Shown here: one piece after another, positions 48,740-58,997 of the stretch
Position numbering within the stretch: the first letter of the stretch is position 1
Layout of the letters: each line of letters begins with the position of its first letter
Origin: Halothiobacillaceae bacterium UBA5861
Lineage (GTDB): Bacteria > Pseudomonadota > Gammaproteobacteria > UBA5861
Length of the DNA stretch: 64,000 bases
Direction of reading: 5' to 3'
Assembly: GCA_002432635.1 (NCBI GenBank)
Contig: DJFX01000043.1
Span: forward strand, 90,173-154,172
Made by a program: the position numbers and the translations under genes
The notes under the pieces: model-generated
What the model saw: only the letters and a program-made list of their open reading frames with translations
Database searches by the model: none
Told to the model about the DNA's origin: nothing

Positions 48740-49804
48740 ATGAATCTGAAAAAAATTCCTGCCACCATTGTGACGGGCTTCCTCGGCAGTGGGAAAACAA
48801 CACTGTTGTCCAATATCCTCAAAAATGCCCAGGGCAAGCGCATCGCTGTGATCGTCAACGAGTTTGGAGCCGTAGATATTGATGCGGCCTTGCTTAAAGG
48901 GTGTGCGCTCGGCTGCGAGGATGAAGAACAGGTTGATGAAGGGATTTATGAACTGGCCAATGGCTGTATTTGTTGTACTGTTCAGGAAGAATTTCATCCC
49001 GTCATGCAAAAACTGGTTGAGAGAAGAAAGGATATTGACCATATTCTGATTGAAACATCAGGGCTTGCGTTGCCGAAACCGCTGGTCCAGGCATTTAACT
49101 GGCCCGATATAAAAAACTATTGCACGGTTGATGCCGTCGTTACCGTAGTGGATGGCCCAGCTTTAGCTGCGGGTACGTTTGCGATTGATCCAGAAGCTGT
49201 TGCTGAGCAGAGAGCCGCTGATGAAAACTTAGACCATGAGTCGAGCTTACAGGAATTGTTTGATGATCAGCTTTCTGCGGCGGATTTGGTTGTTGTAAGT
49301 AAAGGTGACTTATTGAGCCAGTCTCAGGGTTTTGAGGTGGAAAGCTTACTTCACGATCAATTGCCCGACACAGTCAAAGTCATTTCCGTTAATGCGGGAA
49401 AGATTGACCCTCGTATCCTGATGGGGCTCGATGCGGCGGCTGAAGATCGTATCGAACAGCTCACCACACACCATGATCGTCATCATGAGCATGATGAGCG
49501 CCACGAGCATGCCCATGAAGCGTTTGATAGCGTCACTTTCGAAGCGAAGGATGTTGATGGTGAGCAGTTGCTTGAGGCATTAAAAACATTTGTTGCACAA
49601 AATACGGTCTATCGGGTGAAAGGTATTCTTGCGTTGAAGGGAAAGCCGCTTCGCCAGGTTATCCAAGGTGTTGGAAGTCGGTTTGAAGTCTATTTTGAAA
49701 ACAGATGGGAACCCGATGAAGAGCGAGGTACTAAGGTCGTTTTAATTGGCAAAAATTTAGATGAAAACGCAGTTAAGTTGCATTTAGAGGCATGTATTTC
49801 TTAA
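48740..49804 (+). CDS. CobW/G3E-family GTPase metallochaperone (COG0523) with His-rich linker
   Basis: GFLGSGKTT P-loop, the CxCC metal motif (NGCICCTVQ), ETSG, and the His-rich stretch HHDRHHEHDERHEHAHE. Confidence 0.88.
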   Translation: MNLKKIPATIVTGFLGSGKTTLLSNILKNAQGKRIAVIVNEFGAVDIDAALLKGCALGCEDEEQVDEGIYELANGCICCTVQEEFHPVMQKLVERRKDIDHILIETSGLALPKPLVQAFNWPDIKNYCTVDAVVTVVDGPALAAGTFAIDPEAVAEQRAADENLDHESSLQELFDDQLSAADLVVVSKGDLLSQSQGFEVESLLHDQLPDTVKVISVNAGKIDPRILMGLDAAAEDRIEQLTTHHDRHHEHDERHEHAHEAFDSVTFEAKDVDGEQLLEALKTFVAQNTVYRVKGILALKGKPLRQVIQGVGSRFEVYFENRWEPDEERGTKVVLIGKNLDENAVKLHLEACIS

Positions 49805-49889
49805 TGCATTTTGAGGTATATGGGTTGATATTCCGTCGCCCAGACTCTATTTAGAGTAGTAGACAGACAAAGGCAAGAAAGAGTCTGTA

Positions 49890-49965
<76 letters not shown>

Positions 49966-50107
49966 AAAATAAAGCGCAAATCTTATAGTGCGAGATGCTC
50001 TTGAGTCAAGTCGAATCATGCCCAAATGTTTTTGAAAATTATATGAGTACAAAGGTTTCTAAAAAATAGTTATGAATGGTAATCATTTTATGTTAATGAC
50101 AGTGGTC

Positions 50108-50136
50108 TTGGTTAACGGACTTCTATAAGTTATACT
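50108..50136 (+). promoter_or_regulatory. Candidate sigma70 promoter for rpoD
   Basis: TTGGTT-N17-TATACT, with the -10 element 55 nt upstream of the rpoD ATG. Confidence 0.4.
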
Positions 50137-50190
50137 GGTCGATCGGTATTTTTTTCTACTCCACTCCAAAAAGAGCGTGGCAAGCATTAA

Positions 50191-52068
<1,878 letters not shown>

Positions 52069-52105
52069 CCATCTGTTGTTTATCGAGTATACTTGACGAG
52101 TTTTT

Positions 52106-52182
<77 letters not shown>

Positions 52183-52632
52183 TTAAACGTTTGATATTTC
52201 AGATGTCGGTCCCCCAGTCAGCTACCCAGATGGACAGTGGCTGAGGCTGGCTGTCATGGCCTAAAGACGAAGAGATGACTTCACAAGGTATCTTTTGAGT
52301 TTGTCTGATTCGCTCTGCGCCTTAGCTCCCATCTTGTCATTTCCGGAGCCATTACTAATAGCTAAACTGGTTTTTACTCACATCTAAAGCCATGACGGTT
52401 TTTCGGCGGCCAATAAGCAGTTATGAGCGGAGGTTTCAAGCTGCATTGGTTCAATAATTTCACCAAACCTTAGCAGTTCATGAACCTGTATTGCTGAGTG
52501 TGTTCGTGGGCTTGATCTGTCCAAAGCAACGGTGTCAATTTGTAAATTCGAGCAGCCATGTTTTTCTTTGAATCTTACAATGCTGATTCTGTTTCTATTG
52601 GCAGTTTTAATTCAAGATTTGAAGGAAGGATA

Positions 52633-53022
52633 ATGGCGCAAATTAAAATATACGGTTTGAAATCAACGTTAAGCGAAAAGAGGGAGCATTTATCTCAGGC
52701 GATTCATGAGGCTGTCATATCAGCGTTGGAGTACCCTGTGGAGAAAAAGTTTCACCGGTTCATTGGACTTGAAAGATGTGATTTTATTCATCCTGAAGAC
52801 CGTTCTGACCAGTATGTTCTTATAGAGATTTTAATGTTTACTGGTCGTTCTCAGGAGGCAAAGAAGCAGCTTATTTGTGAACTGTTTTCAAATATTGAGT
52901 TCTCAGCAGGGATTACTGCGCAGGATGTTGAAATTACGATTATTGAGATGCCGAGAGAAAACTGGGGGATACGCGGTTTACCGGGTGATGAGTTGGCGTT
53001 GAATTACCAGGTTAATGTGTAG
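52633..53022 (+). CDS. Tautomerase-superfamily protein (Tautomerase_2-like, no Pro-1)
   Basis: 129 aa starting MAQIKIYGLK, with ...IEILMFTGRSQEAKK...WGIRGLPGDE. AAGGAAGGA lies upstream of the ATG at 52633. The ORF-track start at 52558 adds a leader with no RBS. Confidence 0.7.
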   Translation: MAQIKIYGLKSTLSEKREHLSQAIHEAVISALEYPVEKKFHRFIGLERCDFIHPEDRSDQYVLIEILMFTGRSQEAKKQLICELFSNIEFSAGITAQDVEITIIEMPRENWGIRGLPGDELALNYQVNV

Positions 53023-53064
53023 ATAGCGGCTGGTGTCAGGGAGTCATTTTCTCAGGGCAAGCCG

Positions 53065-53706
53065 CTATAGGCTCTTAATAATCTCTAATAATTCTTCCGG
53101 GTCGATGCGTTTTTTGAAATCTGCTTCGACATAGTTGAAGAATATTTTCCGGTCTTGTTTGATGAGGTAAGTGGCTGGAATGGGGAGTTCCCACTTCTCA
53201 CTGTTATGAATGTCTTGCAACTGCAATCCCCAATCTTTAAAGATGGTTTTTAAGGCCTCATTAAGCTCATAGACAAGTCCAAATTGCCGTGCGATCCGGT
53301 TGTCTGTGTCATGGATAAATTGGCCGTGTTGAGTCAATGCTTCTTCAAGTGCAGGGTTATTGATGGCTTGGGGGGATACATGCAGGCAGTGGACGCCTAA
53401 GCGGTGTATTGCCGATTGTACGTTACGATAAGCGGCGAGTTCTGCGCTGCAAAAGTCACACCAAAATCCGCGGAAAAAATTGATCAGTACGGGGCCCGTC
53501 TCTAATAATGTATAGAGTGTTGCGTGTTCTTGGTCGGCAGTTATAAATGCAAAGTCAGGTGGCGTTTCTTTATTTTGCAAGCAATCTTCGAGTATGCCGC
53601 TCTGGCGTAGTTCAATGGTAGCGCGTTGCAAAATGGCGATGGTTTGTGTGTCCAGCGAATCGCAGTTGGCGCGGTTTAGTTGTGCAATCTGGTCGGCTAG
53701 GTTCAT
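53065..53706 (-). CDS. Peroxiredoxin-like / AhpC-TSA (thioredoxin-fold) protein
   Basis: 213 aa with a thioredoxin-fold redox motif, FFRGFWCDFCSAEL (CxxC). Confidence 0.7.
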   Translation of the reverse strand: MNLADQIAQLNRANCDSLDTQTIAILQRATIELRQSGILEDCLQNKETPPDFAFITADQEHATLYTLLETGPVLINFFRGFWCDFCSAELAAYRNVQSAIHRLGVHCLHVSPQAINNPALEEALTQHGQFIHDTDNRIARQFGLVYELNEALKTIFKDWGLQLQDIHNSEKWELPIPATYLIKQDRKIFFNYVEADFKKRIDPEELLEIIKSL

Positions 53707-53834
53707 TTTTTCATCTTCATGGAACTATTCGCTGTATTACTTATCATTATAGGCATAACTAAATGGCAAACTAGGACCATTTCATCAATACGTATTATTC
53801 CTAAATCTATGTAAATAACGAAGGACCTTAGCGA

Positions 53835-54734
53835 ATGGACCGAATTTCTGCAATGCACATGTTTGTGCGAGTGGTTGAAACAGGGAGTTTTTCTGCCGTG
53901 GCCAGGGAGCTGGGCATGACCCAGCCGACCGTCAGTAAAAATGTTGCAGAGCTAGAAGAGTGGCTTGGTACGAAGTTATTAAGCCGCAGTACCCGGCAGT
54001 TGCGTTTAACGGAATCGGGCGCGGACTATTACGAGCGCTGTGTCACGATTCTTCAGGATATTGAGGCCGCTGAGCAAAGCATTGGGCAGTTACAGACACA
54101 AGTCAAAGGCACGATCAAAGTCAATACGCCTGTTGCCTTCGGTCGTTTACACATTGTGCCTTTACTCGGGGATTTTTTTGAAAAATATGCCGATATATCG
54201 GTTGAGCTTTCGTTGAGTGACTACAATATCGATCTCGTTGAAACAGGTGTTGATTTAGTCTTGAGAATGGGCGATTTGGATGACTCTGCTCTCATCGCAA
54301 AAAAATTGACAGCCAGCCCTATGGTAACAGTGGCCAGCAAACGCTATTTTGAAACGATGGGTGTTCCGGAACATCCACGGGATTTGAGGCGTCATCGTTG
54401 TGTAATTTATACCGGCCCGAGAGATAGTCATGCCATTGAGTACCAGGAAGAGGGGCAGCCTTTATCTGTGAGAGTGAGCGGGTCGTTTATGACGAATAAT
54501 TCTGAGTCCTTGAGGGAAGGGTTGCTTCAGGGTTATGGCATTCAGATGGTGCCCAAGTGGCTTGTTGGGGATTTACTGGAGACAGGAAAATTAATGAGTG
54601 TACTTGACGATTACGCACCGGGTCCGCTCAATATCTACACAGTTTTTTTGCCAGGAAAGCATGTTCCAACGAAAGTGAGGTGCTTTATCGAGTTCTTGTC
54701 CGAAAGGCTGGCTAACTGCCAGCGTATTGCCTAG
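53835..54734 (+). CDS. LysR family transcriptional regulator
   Basis: 299 aa with an N-terminal HTH (FSAVARELGMTQPTVSKNVAELEEWLG) and a LysR substrate-binding domain. It is divergent from the peroxiredoxin-like gene. Confidence 0.92.
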   Translation: MDRISAMHMFVRVVETGSFSAVARELGMTQPTVSKNVAELEEWLGTKLLSRSTRQLRLTESGADYYERCVTILQDIEAAEQSIGQLQTQVKGTIKVNTPVAFGRLHIVPLLGDFFEKYADISVELSLSDYNIDLVETGVDLVLRMGDLDDSALIAKKLTASPMVTVASKRYFETMGVPEHPRDLRRHRCVIYTGPRDSHAIEYQEEGQPLSVRVSGSFMTNNSESLREGLLQGYGIQMVPKWLVGDLLETGKLMSVLDDYAPGPLNIYTVFLPGKHVPTKVRCFIEFLSERLANCQRIA

Positions 54735-54753
54735 TTACCTCTGGATATAAGCG

Positions 54754-54781
54754 ATGGCGGCAGCCAGGCAGCCGCCGCCAT
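54754..54781. terminator. GC-rich hairpin between the convergent LysR gene and the small secreted-peptide gene (candidate bidirectional terminator)
   Basis: ATGGCGGCaGC-caggca-GCcGCCGCCAT, 10 bp with one mismatch. Neither side has a clean U-tract. Confidence 0.4.
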
Positions 54782-54797
54782 GCTTGCAGCAAACACA

Positions 54798-55031
54798 TTA
54801 CTTGCTGTTCAGTGGTAAGTCGTCAATGTCCTGTAAATTGAGCGCAGGATCGTTTTCGTCCAAGAAATTCAGCGGTAAATCGCTTGTATCCGATGAATGT
54901 AAAGGAACGTCATCCAGTTTTGGTGCACTTAAGACAGTGTCGATGTGGAAGTCCACATCTCCGTGCAAGCCGGCGAAAGCTGGTAAGCTGAAGGATGAAG
55001 CAAGGATAGCGATGGCAGTTACTTTTTTCAT
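54798..55031 (-). CDS. Small secreted acidic repeat protein (77 aa), no recognisable family
   Basis: GGAGAG RBS 6 nt upstream of the ATG. Signal peptide MKKVTAIAILASSFSLPAFA|G. The mature part is about 25% Asp/Glu with four D-x-(P)-L-N/H repeats (DDVPLH, SDLPLN, DPALN, DDLPLN). Confidence 0.6.
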   Translation of the reverse strand: MKKVTAIAILASSFSLPAFAGLHGDVDFHIDTVLSAPKLDDVPLHSSDTSDLPLNFLDENDPALNLQDIDDLPLNSK

Positions 55032-55213
55032 GATACTCTCCGTAAATGTAAGTGGGGGTAAGCAATGTTTTTGCTTAGGGAGTATCTTATCAATTCCATT
55101 TATAAATATTAGATGTCAATTTTGAATAGCATTCATTCCAATGTTGAATAAAAAATATCAAATGATCGCTCGTCTTCCACGAATAGAATGAATATGCCTG
55201 ATTAGCGGGAGGC

Positions 55214-56230
55214 TCAGGTAACCGTTGGTTCAATATCTAGGCAGATACCAAAACGGCTTTTCACTTGGTCTTGGATTTCCTCTGCCAGTGCCAGTATGTC
55301 CGTTCCCGTCGCATTACCATGGTTGACTAATACCAACGCTTGGCGTGTGTGCACCCCTGCGTCGTTTAATCGCTTACCTTTCAATCCACACTGCTCGATC
55401 ATCCAACCAGCGGCGAGCTTAATGTGTTGATCACTGACGACATAGTGAACAATAGTTGGGAACTCAGCTTGAAGCAGCTTGAATTGCGCCTGGGTAATGA
55501 CAGGGTTTTTAAAAAAACTGCCTGCATTAGGGAGTATTGATGGGGTGGGTAATTTGCGTTGACGAAGGCGGCAGATAGCCTCGGCCACGGCTGAAGGTGT
55601 GATCCCGTCAGCTTGCATGGCATCAAGCTCTTCGAGGATGTCGCCATAGCTTGTTTTAGGAGCCGGACGGGTGGAAAGGCACAGTGTAACCTCCGTAATA
55701 ATCCACGTATTCTGGCGTTGTTTAAAAAGGCTGTCTCGGTAGCCGAAGCGGCAGTCTTCCCGCGTGAGTTCGAACGTTTCTTGGCTTTCGGGGGCATACA
55801 CTTTCAGGCTGTGTAGAACATCGGCCAACTCAACACCATAAGCGCCAATATTTTGTACAGGAGCGGCTCCCACAGTACCTGGAATCAGTGACAAGTTTTC
55901 AATGCCATACAAGCCCTTACTTAAACAGCATTGAACAAAAGGGTGCCAGGTTTCACCAGCCTGTGCTGTCACAAAGACTTGGCTATCGTGTCCTTTTGAG
56001 TCAATAGAAACACCTTCTGTACGCATCAGGATGACGACCTTGTCAATGTTTCCCCTCAGCACAATATTGCTGCCTTCTCCCAGTACGAGATAAGGCAGCT
56101 TTTTTGCGTTTGCAAAATGAATCGCTTCACATAATAAGTCCAAGGATGTGACTGTTATCAGGTAGCGTGCAGCCGCATCCAGGGCGAGCGTGTTATAGGG
56201 CTTTAGCGAAGCGTGTTCTTCGATGTTCAC
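55214..56230 (-). CDS. murB: UDP-N-acetylenolpyruvoylglucosamine reductase
   Basis: 338 aa with an FAD-binding PCMH domain (LGEGSNIV), GAAPVQNIGAYG and AGWMIEQCGLKG. Confidence 0.93.
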   Translation of the reverse strand: MNIEEHASLKPYNTLALDAAARYLITVTSLDLLCEAIHFANAKKLPYLVLGEGSNIVLRGNIDKVVILMRTEGVSIDSKGHDSQVFVTAQAGETWHPFVQCCLSKGLYGIENLSLIPGTVGAAPVQNIGAYGVELADVLHSLKVYAPESQETFELTREDCRFGYRDSLFKQRQNTWIITEVTLCLSTRPAPKTSYGDILEELDAMQADGITPSAVAEAICRLRQRKLPTPSILPNAGSFFKNPVITQAQFKLLQAEFPTIVHYVVSDQHIKLAAGWMIEQCGLKGKRLNDAGVHTRQALVLVNHGNATGTDILALAEEIQDQVKSRFGICLDIEPTVT

Positions 56231-56233
56231 CGG

Positions 56234-57046
56234 TTATTCGCTATGTAGCCACTCAACCCAGTATTTGAAAAGGTTGTGATCGTGAGCGGCCACGACGGAA
56301 CGGGTGTTAATTCCCGGCCGAAAAACCGTTTCTGCATCCAGGGTCTGACTGTGTCCACCTGCTTCGTTCAAGATCAGCCACCCGGCGGCGAGATCCCATA
56401 GTTTTTGTCCACCATGGAGGTAGATATGCCCTCGTCCGGCAGCCATCCAGCTCCACTCAATGGCGCAGGAACCAATGTTGCGCTGTGATCCGAAAGGGAC
56501 TTGTTGAATCAAGCGGCTGGCGAGTGGTTTTTTCAGGCGCTTGAAGTCAACGAGAGCAATCGCGCGAGAAAAGGCAAAGTCAACCACATTAGGCCGTAGC
56601 CGTTGCCCATTGAGATGAGTGCCTTCTCCTTCCGCCGCACAAAAACTTTCGTCGCGGATGGGGTCGTAGATGATGCCAATCACCGGGCGCCCCTCACGAA
56701 TGAGGGCCAGGCAGACCCCGAAGATTGGAACACCCGCTGCAAAATTACTGGTGCCGTCGAGTGGATCCAAGCACCAGAGAGGGCGCTCTGTGTCGTTAAG
56801 GAGTTCTTGCTGCTCTTCCGTGCTCATTTCCTCACTGAGGAAGTTGATTTCTGGCCATCGCCAAGTTAGGGAGCGCTTTAAGGCATGGTGCATCGCCAGG
56901 TCGGCTTCCGTTAGAATGCTGCCATCTTCTTTGAAGGTATAGCCCACTTTTTGGAATCGGGGTAACAGCTCACGACGCGCCGTATCTCTGACCAGTGTTT
57001 GCAATTCGTCAAGTATGCTTTGTTTCAATGCTGTACCAATTTGCAT
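56234..57046 (-). CDS. Inositol monophosphatase family protein
   Basis: 270 aa with the WCLDPLDGTSNF and WDLAAG motifs. Confidence 0.88.
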   Translation of the reverse strand: MQIGTALKQSILDELQTLVRDTARRELLPRFQKVGYTFKEDGSILTEADLAMHHALKRSLTWRWPEINFLSEEMSTEEQQELLNDTERPLWCLDPLDGTSNFAAGVPIFGVCLALIREGRPVIGIIYDPIRDESFCAAEGEGTHLNGQRLRPNVVDFAFSRAIALVDFKRLKKPLASRLIQQVPFGSQRNIGSCAIEWSWMAAGRGHIYLHGGQKLWDLAAGWLILNEAGGHSQTLDAETVFRPGINTRSVVAAHDHNLFKYWVEWLHSE

Positions 57047-57189
57047 GAGAGGTGATACCCGTGGGCGGTTGTTGTTAAGTGTAACAGTAATGTAATTATT
57101 TTCCTTAGCTGTTACCTACTTCAAACTATTAGGATTAGGTAAAGTTAAATTATTCAGAATGTGAATATGAATCGTAAGGCATCGAAACA

Positions 57190-58059
57190 GTGACTATTTT
57201 GATCTTGGGTTGTGGGGCTGTGGGCAAGCTTGTTGCCGAAAAAGAGCTTACAAGAGGGCATCGCGTTGTGGCTGTGACACAGCGTTCAGAAACGATACCC
57301 GATGTTGACTCATTTCTAATCAATTTTGACGATTCGCCACAGACGTATCCTCGATTGCCTGAAGCGGAAAGCATTTATTGCTTTTATCCGCCCCCCCCAA
57401 CGGGGCAGGCAGATTTTCGCACACGACATGTGATTACTTTTCTAACATCCTGGAAGCGAAAGCCTCGCCGGGTGGTATTGATCAGTACAACGTCTGTTTA
57501 TGGTGACTGCGAGGGCGAGTGGGTGGATGAATCTCGGTCCCCTAATCCACAAACAGATCGGGCAAAGCGGCGCTTAGATGCTGAAAAACAATGGGGGCAG
57601 TGGACGAATGAAGTGGGTTGCGAACTGCTGACCCTGCGGGTTGCGGGCATCTATGGCCCGGATAAGCTACCCAAAGCACGCCTGAGTCGTGGGGAGCCTA
57701 TGCCTCGTGCGTCTGAATCCCCTTTCAGTAACCGTATTCACATCGAGGACCTGGTTGACGTTTGTTTGGCGGCCATGCATCGGGGCATACCTGGCCTTTA
57801 CAATGTCAGTGATGGCCATCCGAGCACGATGGTTGATTACTTTCATCAAGTGGCCGACGTATTAGGCATGCCCAGATTGCCGGAGGTTTCGATGAATGAG
57901 GCGCAACAGAAGATGAGCCCAGCCATGCGCTCCTATTTAAGCGAATCGCGCCGTTTGATGAACGACAAGCTGCTCGGCCAGCTTGGTATCACCTTAAAAT
58001 ACCCGAATCTGAAAACAGGTCTGGCGGCTTGCGTGAAGGGGAGCTATCGCGCAGTATAA
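57190..58059 (+). CDS. NAD-dependent epimerase/dehydratase-family (atypical SDR) protein
   Basis: 289 aa with an N-terminal Rossmann motif (ILILGCGAVG), SVYGD and RVAGIYGP. Confidence 0.75.
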   Translation: MTILILGCGAVGKLVAEKELTRGHRVVAVTQRSETIPDVDSFLINFDDSPQTYPRLPEAESIYCFYPPPPTGQADFRTRHVITFLTSWKRKPRRVVLISTTSVYGDCEGEWVDESRSPNPQTDRAKRRLDAEKQWGQWTNEVGCELLTLRVAGIYGPDKLPKARLSRGEPMPRASESPFSNRIHIEDLVDVCLAAMHRGIPGLYNVSDGHPSTMVDYFHQVADVLGMPRLPEVSMNEAQQKMSPAMRSYLSESRRLMNDKLLGQLGITLKYPNLKTGLAACVKGSYRAV

Positions 58060-58130
58060 ATTTTATTGGCAGCATAGGTTTCGGTTAGACTGCCGCCCAA
58101 GAATTATGAAGAATGAGGAGATGATGTACC

Positions 58131-58997
58131 GTGTCAGAAAAACCTAAGTTCGGGTTTACCGATGAAGAATTAATCAATCTACCGCAGGTATTCCACCCTG
58201 ACTTGTTGAAAGACAAAGTCGTGCTGGTGTCTGGTGGTGGAAGTGGGATTGGAAAAGCCATCGCGTTTTTGTATGCCCGTTTGGGAGCGACAGTGGTGAT
58301 TTGCGGACGCAAATTGGAAAAGCTGGAACAGTCCAAAAAGTTAATGGAAGGCATTGGCGCCACTGTTGCCATTGAACAGTGTGATATCCGTGAGCCGGAT
58401 CAAATCAATACGATGATGGATGCCGTGTGGGATAAATTTGGCAAGCTGGACGTGCTGATTAACAATGCTGGCGGGCAATTCCCTCAAATGGCCATCGATT
58501 ACAGCTACAAAGGCTGGCGTGCAGTCATTAATACCAATCTGAATGGAACCTGGTACATGATGCAAAGTGCCGCCAAGCACTGGCAAAAGTACGGTCAGCC
58601 AGGCCATATTGTCAATATTGTTGCCGCAATTGAGCGGGGCATGCCGGGAGTTGCTCATACCTGCTCGGCTCGTGCCGGCGTGGTATACCTTTCAAGAACG
58701 GTTGCCGTCGAGTGGGCGCCCTTAAAAGTTCAGGTGAATTGTGTTGCTCCGGGTGCAATTGAAAGTAGTGGGATGGTGGTGTACCCACCCGAGGAACAAA
58801 AGAAATTTTATCGCTCTAACCCCATGAAAATGATGGGAGATGTGCATGATATCGCTCAAGCTTGTGTTTATTTAACCGCGCCATCCGGCAAGTTCATTAC
58901 CGGGGAAGTCATTAATGTGGATGGTGGAACCCGCATGTGGGGAGATGCTTGGCCAGCCGGCAAACCGGACTATTTCAAATTGGAGGGCGAATCATGA
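58131..58997 (+). CDS. SDR oxidoreductase, trans-2-enoyl-CoA reductase (PECR/DECR)-like
   Basis: 288 aa with the VSGGGSGIGKA cofactor motif and NNAGG. The active-site region reads VAHTCSARAGV, as in PECR-type enzymes, rather than the classical YxxxK. Confidence 0.8.
   Translation: MSEKPKFGFTDEELINLPQVFHPDLLKDKVVLVSGGGSGIGKAIAFLYARLGATVVICGRKLEKLEQSKKLMEGIGATVAIEQCDIREPDQINTMMDAVWDKFGKLDVLINNAGGQFPQMAIDYSYKGWRAVINTNLNGTWYMMQSAAKHWQKYGQPGHIVNIVAAIERGMPGVAHTCSARAGVVYLSRTVAVEWAPLKVQVNCVAPGAIESSGMVVYPPEEQKKFYRSNPMKMMGDVHDIAQACVYLTAPSGKFITGEVINVDGGTRMWGDAWPAGKPDYFKLEGES

Noticed and set aside
48726-48745. A possible Zur box at the cobW-like start (GATAAAATGTTATGAATCTG).
   Set aside because: Only one half-site (AAATGTTAT) resembles the Zur palindrome, and the second half is not complementary. 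I mention it in a finding but do not call it a feature.
54754-55125. A 123-aa plus-strand ORF overlapping the small secreted-peptide gene.
   Set aside because: Its ATG lies inside the GC-rich terminator-like hairpin and has no RBS. The translation is Ser/Cys/Lys-rich with no features. The minus-strand ORF has a proper RBS and a signal peptide.
52183-55213. Calling the block downstream of the tRNA a genomic island or mobile element.
   Set aside because: No integrase, transposase or att-like direct repeat of the tRNA 3' end was found. I report it only as a compositionally odd accessory-looking region.
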